Assembly: GCF_009914755.1 (NCBI RefSeq) | Contig: NC_060936.1 | Strand: one strand, 5' to 3' | Length of the DNA: 64,000 bases | Source of the DNA: the human T2T-CHM13v2.0 reference genome, Homo sapiens | Shown: piece by piece, positions 15,850 through 29,974 of the stretch | Position numbering within the stretch: the stretch's first letter is position 1 | Layout: the number at the start of each line of letters is the position of its first letter | Notes under the pieces: model-generated | What the model was told of the DNA's origin: nothing | The model's database searches: none | The model's input: the letters and a program-made list of their open reading frames with translations, nothing else | Made by a program: the position numbers and the translations under genes

Positions 15850-18110
15850 AGGTAAAACTGCTGGCTTTGTGTGGCAAGGTCATGACCTTTGACAACTTTG
15901 GAGCTTATCTCTTTCATCTTCTCACTCCCCAGAGACCTCTAACTTGCAGAGGAATCAAGCACATAAGCCTGGGCTAGGCAGAATTCATCATTGTTGTGGA
16001 GCTAGGTTCTCTCTTTCCCTCTCTCTCTCTTTCTCTTTCTGTCTCTCTCTCTCTCTTTCTCTCTCTCCCTTTTTTCCCCCTCTAAACAAAACAGATCTGA
16101 ACTGAGCCAAGGAAACAAAAATGTATTGTTCCTCGCAGATGGAAGCGAGTGTCGCCTAGGTAACCAGATTAATCTCCTTTTTCTCTCCCTTCCTCTCTTG
16201 TAGTGCGGTAATCGGTGGGCTCTTTTCACAAAAAAGCCAGCCTCAAAGCTGGGGCTCTAACTAGGTTCCTAATTAGCTGCAATTTACAATGAAGACAACA
16301 TGATGAGATAATAGAAATTTGCAAAATAATGACATACCTCAGCAAAATATTCCTCCTCCTAAGAACCATTTTTATACAAAAACAATAAAGAGGGCCCTTC
16401 TAAAGCAAAGCTGGAAAATGGTGGTGTATTATGTGACACAGAACATTATTGTTCGCCTCTTGTTCCCCCAATCAACAGCTTATTGTTTGGCATCTTAAAT
16501 AAAAATGACTCAAATACAGGCCACATAATGATCTCCATTGCGCTAATACACTGTATATACTGAGTAGTCAAAAATGTACGGGAGCCAATGCCAGTGGGGC
16601 TGATAAAGTAGCAGGGCCCAGGAAGGTAATTTACAATACAATGCAATAAGCATTATTACTGTTCTTAATCACACGTATCTTTCTGATTCCTGTCAGGATG
16701 CAACTCTGACATCAAAAAAGGGCGCCCAAAAGGAGGACAGCTAGTTAATGAAATATGATGGATCACATTTGTTTTCATGTGGTGGTTAGCTCAAATGAAG
16801 CAGCCTCCAGACTGTTAGCCAACAGTATTCTCTTGTGTGACATCAAAGACTACTATTCAATGGGGGCAGAAAAAAAAAAAAAATCACAGTAAGACAGCAC
16901 AGAGGGAGGAGCTCCTAGGAACTGAAAGAACCATTAATAGTAATCTCTACCTTATGTCCAAAAGAACAGAGCATGAGGAAGAAAGGCCAAGGCCAACCAG
17001 TCAGTGATTTCACAATGAGGATCATCAGCACCTATGCTGATTTCGGGAGAATGGTGCAGCTAACATGCGGTGGGCAAGATTTCACATTTTGCTACACAGG
17101 AGCAATTTGTCACTAGTGACAGGAGGTACCTACCCTCGTGCCTTGTCTGAATCAAGATTACAGCACCCTATGAAACATGGAATCCAAATAATAAAACAGA
17201 ATCCAATGCCATGTTTTGCATCAACAAGAATCATTCATAAATGACAACAGATTGTCTAACCAATCGGGAAAAAAAACAACCATACACAAAAAGTAAGTCC
17301 ACATTTGCTTATGGACGAGTAATTGTGAAGAGTACAGCTGCACATACTTGAGAACTAATGGTCCCAGGACTTAACCATAAATAACTACTGACTAAAAACC
17401 AATTGGCCAGGGACAGAAAAAGCATTAACCCCTTGGTCATTTGGCCCTCAACAACAACAAGACAACTAGATCCCCTCACAGAGTAATTAAAAGGTAACAA
17501 GTAGGACAGATTAGAGAAGGTGCCAAATGGGCTCTAATGACTTTGGAGGAAAAATTGTTGTATTTGCTAATAACATTTGCAGAAACGCAAAAAAATGGGA
17601 GACCATCTGGGTATATCACAACCCCAAAGAGTTTGGCGTCCGCCTTTTGGAAATGTGGCCACAATATATTGACTTGCATAGGACTACCAACCTTTTCCCA
17701 AGATTTTTCTTTTTAATTGAATCTCAGCCAACAGAGAAAGAGAGCAAAAGGCTGTGACACCGTGCTGAAAACCAAGGATTAGTGTGGTCATAGTTATCTG
17801 TGTCTCTGCTTCTAGATTTTCCGTAGATTTGATGTTTACTGTAAAATGATATCTACTCACCAAAACCACTTTACTTTTCAGTTTTATGTAAACCTTACAA
17901 GAAATATTCTCATCCAAAGAATTCACTGAGTGACTCAATGTAATATAGTCGGTGGAAATAATAAAAAGGAATGTGTTAAAACTATTAACTGACTGTATAC
18001 AGTGTTGGGACAAGAATGTTTGTGAGGCAGTGTCGAGCCACTGGTGGCCCCATTTAACATCTCTTTAAACCGTCAATAATTGTATTTGTCTTTTAAAATT
18101 GTTTGAGGAA
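15850..18110. promoter_or_regulatory. Putative enhancer / conserved non-coding block 1
   Basis: ~2 kb without recognisable transposons, scattered retained CpGs, nuclear-receptor palindrome (15876-15889), TCF/LEF ACATCAAAG (16840-16848), TAATTA and GATA motifs; function inferred. Confidence 0.45.
16007..16082. repeat. (TC)n polypyrimidine tract
   Basis: Interrupted CT repeat; source of the RERE ORF. Confidence 0.95.
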
Positions 18111-18263
18111 TTATTAAGGCAAAGGCACCAACGCATATAAGGTCCTCTTTATCCCTGTGCATTTCTTTCTCAGAAGCTCCCATCCTGACTTAACCCGACA
18201 ACCTGCCTCTTCTGCACATCTAACCTGGGGTAGCTGAACTAAGCTGGAGAAAATCACGCAACA

Positions 18264-18606
18264 GGTTATGTGTGGTGGTTCATGCCTGTAATCTCAGCAC
18301 TTTGGGAGGCTGAAGTAGGCGGATCACTTGAGGCCAGTTCAAGACCAGCCTGGCCAACATGGTGAAACCCCCATCTCTACCAAAAATGCAAAAAAAATTA
18401 GCAGAGCGTGGTGGTGCACGCCTGTAATCCCAGCTACTTGGGAGGCTGAGGCAGGAGAATCACTTTAACACAGGAGGTGGAGGTTGCAGTGAGCCAAGAT
18501 CGCGCCCCTGCACTCCAGCCTGGGTGACAGAGTGAGACTCTATCTCAAAAAATAAAATAAAATAAAATAACATAAAATAAAATGAAATTAAAAAAGAAAA
18601 GAAAAG
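18264..18606 (+). mobile_element. AluS-like with (AAAAT)n tail, probably inserted in an L2 remnant
   Basis: Dimeric Alu; flanks share gcaaca. Confidence 0.93.
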
Positions 18607-19447
18607 AATGCAACACCACAGACCAGGGCCACTACCCCAGGCAGACCTGTGCTCTTAACCCTATGCAAGAATCTTCTCAGTTGTCCTTTCACTCATTTTC
18701 ATAGCTGTCTCCAACCTTCACCATTTTCTTTACTTCCCTATCACCGTCACTTTCAGATGACCTCACTTCCCACAGAGATGTACTACCTGCCTCGTCCACA
18801 CACACATCACTTTCTGCAACCCTCCTTAAAACATCTCTGCAGGAAAGATGCGTTGTCAGGGGACTAGGCATCTTCCCCCGTTTGAGGTTAACCCCCACTA
18901 ATGATTAGGATCCACTCTGCTCCCGTTAACTCAGGATCTTGCTCCATCAGTTTTTCCCAAACCTTCTTATATCTTCTACCAGCTCATTCTCCTTAACCTA
19001 TATACACATGCTCAAATCACTTTCATCCTATTAAATCCTTCCTTCACACCTCCATCTTCCTTTATCTGCCCCTACATCACCGGCTTTCCCAGAGATTCTT
19101 CTTTTCAGCCCAGCTTCCGTGACCACGTCCATTTCACAGCCTCTTCTAAAACATTCTAAAAGTGAAAATTAGAATTTAAAATATGGACTAAAATACCTTC
19201 TCCCTTGCAGTTTGTTGCTGTTTTATCATTTGCTTAGATTTTTTTTACCTGCAATTTTCTACGTATTTATCCATAAACAGCTGAATATATTTTAGGAAAG
19301 AAAAACACAATATTCAACGTATCTGATGCATTGGTTTCAAAGTCCTAATTGTGATGAAATTATTAGAATTACAGAAAATCAGGCTTTGAAGGAATCTAAA
19401 TTTTGCATAAGTTGGAAATGAGACTTCAACACTTTAGGTCATATTTA

Positions 19448-19772
<325 letters not shown>

Positions 19773-19935
19773 AGCAGAGCTATAACCTGGCATGAGGTTC
19801 CCTGACTCCCAGTTCAGTGTCCTTTCCTTTAGAAATTGAATTATATTCTCTAAAATACTGCCCTTCACACAAAATTCTTATTTAAAAATTAGCAAACACA
19901 ATATAACATTGATCAATTTAAAATATAATCATGCA

Positions 19936-20220
<285 letters not shown>

Positions 20221-20479
20221 TAATGCATTGAAATGAAAATGCTTTCCAGCCTTTAATTCTTTAGATAACATATAGACATCTCTACTCAAGGGTGGCCTAC
20301 TAATTTTCATAGATTCAAAACAGAACTAGAAAAATAAATTGCCAAATCTGGGATTGGAAATGAATTACAGATATATAGAATTATAAAGTTTTAAAGATGG
20401 AAGGAACCATAGGGATCCACTGGCCCATCTTCCTGTTATTTGTTTGTTGTTTGTTTATTCTAAGGCCTGATTCTCAGAA

Positions 20480-22900
20480 AGGAAATGGTCATAGAGCAAG
20501 CAAACAGCTATGTTTATTTCACACTGCATCTTGGTATAAAGCTTAAAATATATGTTGATGAAGAGTCAATTTCTCCTAGGTTAGTCAGACACTTGGAGGT
20601 AGGAGTAAGTTACCTGTGGAGTTGCACAAAGATCCTCACAAGTTCACTGCAACTGTGGTTAATTAAATGTGCCCAGTGTCTCAGAGTTGATTTACTACTA
20701 TAAGAAGCCATTCTCTTCCAGGGAAAGGCTTAGTAACTTGGTGAACTGAAGCTCCATTTTACTTAACATCATTTGATCTAGATCTGTAAATTATATTTCC
20801 CTCTTAAACTACGAGAAGCAGTTGAGGGAATGGAGGCAATTAATTACTTTTACCAAAGGGAAAAAAGTTATTACTAAAACCTCACGTGGATGTATCCTGG
20901 TTCCACACTGTGTGCCAAAGCAAGTTTGGTGGAGCTAAACTATAATTAGGCCCTTTTAGTAATTAAATCCCTTTGAACAAAGTAAAAGAACCATGTGATA
21001 TTGAATTCTGGAAAATTTAAGTCACATTAGAGTAATTTTTAAACTGATTTACTCCTACAAAATTTTGACTAATCAATGTTGAGCAGTCCTTAAGGATATC
21101 AAAGGCACCAAACTCTATACAATATGTAGGTAACTAAAGGTCAAAGTTCTTTGACTTGGGCCCCAACATTAACCAACCCCTGATGCCCCATGATGATGTA
21201 GTTCAAATCAATAACTGAAATTGTGACTCGAGTAATCCCTTTGATCGTTACACCTGAGGTTACTAACACAAACCTGGGTTTCTCTCCACCCTATTCCAAA
21301 GTCAAGACAAGTAAAAACAGACAAAAGAAACTCTCCCAGCTCAGAATTAACAATGTTCAGGCAGTGCTCTTTACTTAAAGGAAGAAAACAATTAAGAGAA
21401 ACCTTGAAGTAATCTCATTCTGCCTGTTTAGCCTCTTCATCCCTCAATGTGTGGTTAGCAAGTGTGGCAATCAGGGCTAAGGTCTGCTATCATTCGGCCT
21501 TAATTAAAAAAGACACAAGCTGCGGAGCTGTGAATTAGAAATGTAGCTATGCACTACCCCTGATTAATTCGAGGCTCATGTTGGATTAATAACTCCAAAC
21601 AAAGAACAAAAGGAAATTGTTATGCGAATTGCAGCCCTCCCAGGCCAGACAAAGGTCAAATCACAGGATTTCAATTTCATCCGGAGTCGCTTAATCAACT
21701 CCCTCGGAAGGAAGACCATATGTAGTTCTGAAAGCTACCCATTGTAGTCCTCTTGTCACTGGACCTGAGAGACGGCACAGTCATCCTCTCAAACTATTCT
21801 CAATCGCTTCTCTTCTTTCCCCTTTAATATGACAAAAACATCATTATTACCAGTGATTAAAGAAATAAGAGGTCTGCCCTGCAGAAAACATCCCAACAAC
21901 TGCTGGTTTATGGAGTAAGTTGGACACTGTTGGCAAAAAGCCTGCAGACTTTGCTCCTTTTCCTGAGAAAGGTCTTCACCAGCAGCGACAGAGTCACAAC
22001 CACCACAGGAGCGAGTGACATCATTGGCAGGGCATTGGGAAGGTTTTCTTACTCCAGTACATCTACTGAGAGATGACAATAATAACTTCTGTCTATTAAA
22101 CACAAAGGAAGTGCATGGAAGGTACAGTCCAGGAGATTTCAGAAGGTATCAGAAGGCAAGGTTCTCTCCTATGGCTGAGTAGAAGCCCTGCATGAGATGG
22201 GGACAGAGGTCTAAGTGGCTCAGGAGACCTGAAGGGCAATGACAACCACCCACCCCTACCCCAGCAGTTCTAGTTTCACCCACATTTGGGGTTTTCTTCT
22301 CTTGGAGACTGCACTAAGGTCTAATGTAGGCTGAGAATGGCCGACTCTGATTAGCAAGAAGGGATTAAGTGGTTTGAAGATGTGACGACTTACATACACC
22401 ACAGCATTAACGCTTTTCACCTTGTCCACACCAACGAGCTATTAATGGTAAACTCTCAGGACCATCACAACATCGTCTTGTATAATCAAGACCCAGTGTT
22501 CCTCAAATGAAATTGTAGCAAACTAGATAGTTCTTTCAAATGACAAAATAATAATCTTCAGAGATTTTAATATAAGAATTCCAAGATAGCCCTTTGGCCT
22601 AATGGAATCAGCACGGTATCTTACGATAATGATGCCGAATGTAATCCTTCTATGAGATGATTCACTGGAGTGCTTAACGAAGTACGCTTTGTCAGAGAGA
22701 TGCTCATCATCGTGGATTATCAGAATTCGTATCATCCAATGTGATGTGGCAAAATTTTCAGCCTCTGCCTTCTTCAAGGAATGCAATAATAGTTGTCACC
22801 TTCATGTACTCTACGTTTAGTCATTTGGGGAATTCATTTATTCCTCTGAACTCCCCTAGTGCTTTGGTGGGACTTCTCTTATCGAACATATTATTTTCTC
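20480..22900. promoter_or_regulatory. Putative enhancer / conserved non-coding block 2
   Basis: Repeat-poor and CpG-retaining; TAAT homeodomain cores, SOX-OCT-like ATTGTTATGCGAAT (21616-21629), AAAGGTCA (21136-21143, 21651-21658), DR1-like AGGTCAaAGTTCT. Confidence 0.5.
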
Positions 22901-22929
22901 ATGTATATTATGTATTTGTTCACTTCTTT

Positions 22930-23470
22930 ATCTCTTATTCATTGAACAAATATTTATTGAGTGCCTACTATGTGTCGGGCACTATGCTAGGCACTGGAGA
23001 TAAAATGCTATCTAATAGCAGACAACATTCTTGCTGACATGGTCTTTACAGTTCAGTCAGTGAGACAGATCATAAACAAACGCAGAATCATAACATCTCA
23101 CGTGTTATTTAGGAGAATACATGATAGCATGAGGTTTTATCCTATTAAGGCTGTGAGAAATTTCCCTGAGGAAGTGATACTTTTTTCTCAGATATAAAGT
23201 AAGAATACAAGTTGAACTTGATGAAAAGAGAGACAAAAGAGGCAGAGCCTCTTGTCTGAGAGAGCATGACAAGTGGATTAGTCTGAAAGGGACATGAGTC
23301 TAGAACTTAGGTGGCAAGGCAGAGAGCAGCACAAGATCAGTCTAAAGAGGTAGGACCCTAGAACAAAAAAGCAGCCTTGTAGGCCATGTTAAGAATGCTG
23401 GTGTCATCCTAAATACAGGAGGAAACATCTAAAATCCTGTAAGTGGAAGTAGTCAAGATACAATCAGAAT
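22930..23470 (-). mobile_element. L2 3' region
   Basis: ttcattgaacaaatatttattgagtgcctactatgtg...ctaggcactggagata. Confidence 0.8.
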
Positions 23471-24749
23471 TGTGTAGCCATTGTAATTTGCCTACCATTC
23501 TACAAAATCTCTAGTACTTGAAAACAGTTCACTGGTGTCCCTTCCCAGTGCCAAGCACAATGTTTTCCACACTAGAGTGGCACCTTGCTCCCAAGGATTG
23601 GCAGGGCTGATTCAGTTTTATATTACTGCTCCATACACATGCCCATGCCTAAGCCATAAGCATGGCTGAAGAGGACGGTCCTCTTAGCAAGAGGAGAGCC
23701 ATTCCTTAATTTAATTTTCCACTAAATTAAACTGAAAAGCATTTAAGTATATTGTTTGAATGGTGAATACACCAATGAACGAATAAATGGCTTTAATAAC
23801 ACACTGGAAAATGGCAGTTGCAATCACTGAGGACATTAGCGCCCCCAACAAAACTTCTGACCATGGGTAAAAAAAAAAAACTGGCATGCTTTCCTCCTTA
23901 AAATTTTATTGCTATTGTTTGGGTTGGGTGACTTCTCAAGGGAAAACAATAATTTCTACCTCCCGAGATATTCAAAGGTGTAATGGCAGTGCTTTTTCCA
24001 AATCAACCCCATATCTGAAACATAAAGTCTGCTATTTCAATTTAATGGCTACCAAAAAAGTTACAAATTTATCTGTGAATCATAATTCCCAGGGAGTATT
24101 TATGCAAGCCATGTTCTTTATGTGACATACAACTATCAAATAATGAGCACATTCATGAAGCACATTCAGATGTTTGTTACACATGATAGAACAGCTGCAT
24201 CAACAGAGCTTTCTGAGGATTATTCTTCAAGTTTCTTCTTAAAGCCACTTCATTTCCTTTCCCAAAACCAGTATTACTTGATCTGCATATTTAAGACAAA
24301 CCTCAGAAATTGGATGAATGTTAAATTTTTCATATTAGTTTGAAACCCAGAGAAGCTGTCCAAATCCCAGTAATAAAATGTATAATTATCTTGCAGACAG
24401 TTTAAGTCTTACAGTGTCTGATTGGAGAAGGAAAATTTATCTCAATACAGAACTTGTTGACTCTTTTAGATAGTTTGTAAACATTACTTCAAATTACACT
24501 CAACAAAATAAGTGACCAACTTAATTGCTAAATTTCATTGTTCCTTTTACTGAGTTTTGACATTGGCACAGGTAGTGGTAAATTTGGGGTTATCTATGCA
24601 TTTATTTTTAGAGTTGACATGGAGGAATGATAAAAGTGATTCCCCATTAATTGATCAATTAAATGTCATATGCTCAGCTACATATACATTTATTTGTCTA
24701 TTTTATTTATCTTTTAAAAACTGAGCCATGTGCTGCAGGTATCTGTTTA

Positions 24750-24860
24750 TTAATTAATTCATTATTTATTGCATGATTGCCAGGCACTGTGAATATAGCA
24801 GTGAGTAAAATAAACATAATCCCCACCCTCAGGATGCTTTCATTATCTCTTTGACAAGTG
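24750..24860 (-). mobile_element. L2 fragment
   Basis: ttcattatttattgcatgattgccaggcactgtgaatatagcagtgag. Confidence 0.6.
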
Positions 24861-27414
24861 AGGAAAATGTGGGAAACAATGGGAATAAAAGTCAATTATC
24901 TTTACGTGTCCTGTTATCATATGTAAAGTGGTAGAACCATGCTTTTGAAATCCAGAGTCTCAGATTTTAATTATGCTGTTATTTTTTTCTGAATATACTG
25001 TAACTGCAATAAGCATTTAGCCAGGCAGTCTCATGTTAGAAACTAATTTAGCCTAAGATAGGTTATTTTGAGGAGATTATTTAATAAGTTATTAAAATAC
25101 AAAGAAGTAAATTATTGCCTCAGTATTTTGGAATATAATGAAAAATGGAATACAATGGTCAAAAGCAGTTTATTTTACTTTCCAGGACAAACTTCTATTT
25201 TACACATTGTAAAGGTCTACTGTGTTTTAACTACAAAATAATTTCTTTTGATTTCTTGTAAAGTGTATTTCATTCACCCAATCAAAACATCAAGTGAATT
25301 TTATATTAAGACAATGAAAGCATACAGTCTGTTATTTCCATCTACATTGCACTGTATCACATTAACTGAAAACAATTTTTATAGCAATACAAATCAACTC
25401 AGATTTAACCTCCCAAATAACTGCTATGTGACAGCTATAAAAAGTAAGTAGTATAGCTTAAAAATAACTACCAGAATTCAGAGAATACGGGAATTCTTAG
25501 GCATTTGCTCAAGATGAATATTTTGCTTCAAAACAAGTTGAGCTGACTAAAACTGACTACATTTCAGACATTTCTAAATATGTGTAATAATTTTCAAACA
25601 CTAATTCCAAATTATTGCACTCACAAATGCTGTCAAGGTAACAAGTAGGAATCTATACTGTGTTAGCATTGGACAGAATATATTAAAAGGGACTACAACC
25701 TTTAATCTCCATAACATGACCAATCTGTAACTCTGAGTACTCAGAATTTTATTTCTGATTATGAAAAGATTATAAAGCTTGAGTATAAGCACTTAGATTT
25801 TCACTGAGCCAAGTAGAGTAAGACTGATAATTCACATCAAACTTCTCTACCCTATAGGAATTCCAGAGGTGATTTCTCTGAACAAGATAACCTATATGCA
25901 TATAAAAAGTGACTACTAAAATAAGTGATGACCTGAGTTCTATAATTAAACATTTACTAAAATCCTATCTTTTACTAAATTTTAAACTTGCAATGACTTG
26001 AGAAAAAACTAATAATGATGTAAAGAAACCTGTAGAAAATACTTCAAAACTGACGATGCTATTTTTAATGTATAAAATATAAAAGAGAAAAGACAAGAGA
26101 AAACAGAAAGCTCCCAAATGGTGGGATGAGAGCAAAGTTGAGGAGGATGGGCCTTTGTGTTGAAGGCTAACATGAGAGTGAGAAATGGAAAGATGGAAAT
26201 ACACAGATTGTAATCCAAAGCGGAGGCCACCAGAAATCTGAGATCCTGGTAAACATGACTTGTGTCTAAGGAAAAAGAAACGTATTTCTCTAAACTCATG
26301 CAAAAGGTTTGAAGGTTATGTAAACAATGAAAAGAATCCAGTCTAGAGAGAAAGAATTGAAAGTTACTAGCTCAACTCTAGTTCTCTTGCTTAAACATCT
26401 CCATTTCTACTTTTTAACATAAGAAATTTGCTAGCAGTTTTCCCAAAGAAAATATTATTTTAGATACAGAGAACAGTGACTCTCTGTCTGGCCTTTTAAT
26501 ATTCACAGAAGAATGGATCCTTCTTAGGCTGCAAAGACTCTCTACCCCTATCTAGTGGTACCTAATGCTTATTACAGGGAAGAGTAAAACATTTACCTCA
26601 AATTCCAAAATTAGTTGACAGCTGATAAACAAGCGGGCAATGTCAAAATGCCAATAAAACTTTCAAAGTAATTCACAAATAAAATAGCACACCTAAAAAA
26701 TACCAATGACTGCAATTACTGAAAAAATTCCATAGAATAAAAATACTCATTTGTGACCATCCAATGTTCCTCTGATATGAATCAGAAGAGTGAACTGGAT
26801 CTCACTCAGGTGAATATTAAGATTAGTTGGAAAAGAATAATAAACACAGGAACTCTGTAAGCTTCACAATTAGCTCCTGATTACAAGATGTGCTTTCTAA
26901 TCCACACCCCTACAATAGGTTAGATCACTGGATTTAAAAAATATTCTTAGACTCTGAACAACCTAATATGGCTCAGCATCTATTTAAATGACCAGACTTA
27001 ACATAGCTCCACTCTTAAAAGATAGTAAGAAGAAAACAAAATACCTCATGATGCTTAAAGTAAACACAATGAAGAAGGAAGCACAGGAAAACTAAATTTG
27101 GCAGTTTGGCTCTTTTGCTTCCTAAAGGAAATGATTTTGACGGGGTAACCACGGGAGTGAAGGTTCCAGTGATCTTTACTTCCTGGACTACAGAAGATGA
27201 CAAAATCTTAACATGGATATTTCTCCAACTCTGCATTAGATATTCCGAGTATAAAAGATTTATTATCTCAAAAGAGATATCCAAGAACTTTTTAAAAAAA
27301 TTCACTGATTGTAATTTAATAGTGGCTGAGAAAATCCCACTGGTACTGTGGATAGAACTGGTGAGGCCTTGACCATAGAGAAGATGTTAACCCTGGCTAT
27401 GAATGTTAAATTGT

Positions 27415-27625
27415 GGTCAGGTGTGGTGGCTCACATCTGTAATCCTAGTACTTTGGGAGGCCAAGGCAGGTGGATCACTTGAGTTCTGGAGTTTGAGACC
27501 AGCCTGGGCGACAAGGCAAAACCCTGTCTCTATGGGAAAAAAAAGCAAAAAAAAAAAAACAAAAAAAATTTCACCAGGCGTGGTGGCACACACCTGACCC
27601 TGTCTATTAGATAAAAAAAAAAAAG
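27415..27625 (+). mobile_element. Partial AluJ-like element (left monomer, most of right monomer missing)
   Basis: ggtcaggtgtggtggctcac...gcacacacctg jumps to accctgtct plus A-tail; TSD gaatgttaaattgt on both sides. Confidence 0.88.
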
Positions 27626-28029
27626 GAATGTTAAATTGTATGCATAGAGTTCTTTAAAGTTCTCCATAGCAAATCTGCAACTGTGTTAATGTAAACTCAT
27701 TCACTCAGGAAAAGCGGAAGCCACTGAGGGAATTGTGCACTGCCATCGAAGACTCACACCAGGCTCTGAGGACTTTGCCATGATCGTGAATATAAAATCT
27801 GAGGCCACAGTAGTAATGAAGCATTTAAGAAAGATTTATAAACAGCTGAGCCTTTAAAGGTTAATTTTAAAGCCAGGAGGACCCAGAAAGCTTTGTATCA
27901 TATTGTTGTAGTTATAGTCCCTTTGCCTAACATGGATTCTTGTCAAAATTGTTTCTGATTTAATACTCAGCCAATTCCAATCCACTAAAACTGATCATGT
28001 TGATAAAACAAATAGACACTATTTACATA

Positions 28030-29295
28030 TTTCTTTCTTTTACTTAATTCCACAGCCTATCTGCAACTACAAAATACTCCTACTTCTTCAAAACACCCTC
28101 CACCTTAGCTTCTGAGATTCTAGGCTCCTTAGCCAGATCTTTAAATTTTGAACTCCTCATGACTCACCCTAGGCCCTCTCCTTTATTTCTGTGTTAATTA
28201 CTCCAATGACTTCTGGCACCATCTGTATTAAAAACAACACTCAGATCTGCTCTCCTGACTCTAGACTACCATATTCTACTGCCTTTCACATCTTCATTTG
28301 GATGGTTTGCAGGCACCTCATAATCATTCTGTCTCTCAACTTCCTCAATGTTTTCCAAGTGACATTGCCATTCACTGAAACCCCAAAGCTAGAAACACAA
28401 GAATTATCCCCAACATGCAGTAAATGACTAGGTACTACTTATGCATCATCCTAAATGTCTCTTAACTCTGATGCCATGCCCACATCACTCCACTTGGGGC
28501 AGAGGCATAGCAAGAGGCAGAGTAGTGGGATGGTAACTCCCCCTCTACTTGCTGCCCCAAAGCTGTGTTCTTTCGTTGAAGGTTTATTCAAGTGGTCGTC
28601 TGAATAACCTTTCAACTTACCATGTAAGATGGTAAGTTTGAAGACCAGATGAAAAGTCACAAGGAGGGGGATGGGAAAGCAAAACTTGGACACTACGGAG
28701 GAGGCCCTCATATGCAAAATCCTTTGTCATGAATCCACTCCTTCACCAATCCAAGTCACCATCCTCAATCCATTCTCCACCCCGCATTCAGAGTCATCTT
28801 TTGAAAATGCGAAACCAGTCACAACAGACTTTTCCCCTCACACCACAAGTCCACGAAAAACATCTTTAACAAGTTAGCAGGGCCTTCTCCAATCGGGTTC
28901 CTCCTAACTGCGTTGATCATTGTGCTCCCTGTTACTCTGTATTCCTCATCTTGCAATTCCTAGATTTCATCATGCTTTCTCTCACTTCCAAGATTTAGAA
29001 AATAGTATTCTATGACTTCTGTGGTTTAGGGTGCAGGGAGCAGGCAGGGAGGTTTCCCTGGCCACCTAGATTATGACACTTCCCTCTTATGCCTCTGTAC
29101 AGTCAAAATGTCTGTAGCAGTCACCAACACTTTTGTAATTACACCATGTACTTATAAGGTGACCATACTGTCTTCTAGTCTCAATGTCCCTGAGGGCAGG
29201 AGATCATAACTGTCTCATTTGGTGCAAAACTCCCAGCACAGCACAGTGCCTGTCACACAGCAATGCCTTCTCAATATTGTTGGATGAATGAATTT
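28030..29295 (+). mobile_element. Degraded L2 fragments
   Basis: Pyrimidine-rich L2-like body ending ctgagggcaggag...cagtgcctgtcacacag...tgttggatgaatgaat. Confidence 0.6.
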
Positions 29296-29921
29296 GCTTG
29301 TTTCTTAATAATTTGGATTAATAGGAGCACGGATCAGAGTTTTAAAGTAGTAATATATCAAATATCTAAAACAGAGGTTCCTTTAAACTAAAATTTGGAC
29401 AACAGAAAACCATATATTGATTGTCCCATAAGGAGATGTCGCACCTTCCTTCTAGCTGCTTGAATTTGCATGCTACTAGGCTGGTATGATAAACAGACTG
29501 ATTTAAAAATCAAATAACAGACTCTAAGAAGTTATAAGAATCCCTGGATTAGTACGGGATGATAACTAAAGGATCTGCTATATTAAATCATGACAATAAA
29601 AGTAAAATCCCCCCATCTTTTCCTGGATTACATTTAGAGCTCAAATCAGAGAGCCTTAAATGAATAATAATGAATGTATGCCTCTGTGAATGATTGAAGA
29701 CTGAATCACATTTTAACTAGACAATATTTATAAGTCCCTTTGGATGACATAATTACAATTCAAACCATACACTAATTAGTAGCAAACATCTATTTAATAT
29801 TATTTAGTGGGTTTAAAATATGGTTTTGTTTCTGAAAACAGTAAGAGAAAGGACATTTTATGCAGAATACAAGAATGTTGAGGATTTAAGTCAACAAATA
29901 AGTTGGCGCTGCTTAGAAGCA

Positions 29922-29974
29922 AAACCAATTACATTTCAAAAATACATAACCAAACCAATTACATTTCAAAAATA
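29922..29974. repeat. Tandem duplication, 30-bp period
   Basis: aaaccaattacatttcaaaaata twice. Confidence 0.93.

Noticed and set aside
23569-23584. CTCF-like cactagagtggcac
   Set aside because: An extra base breaks core spacing
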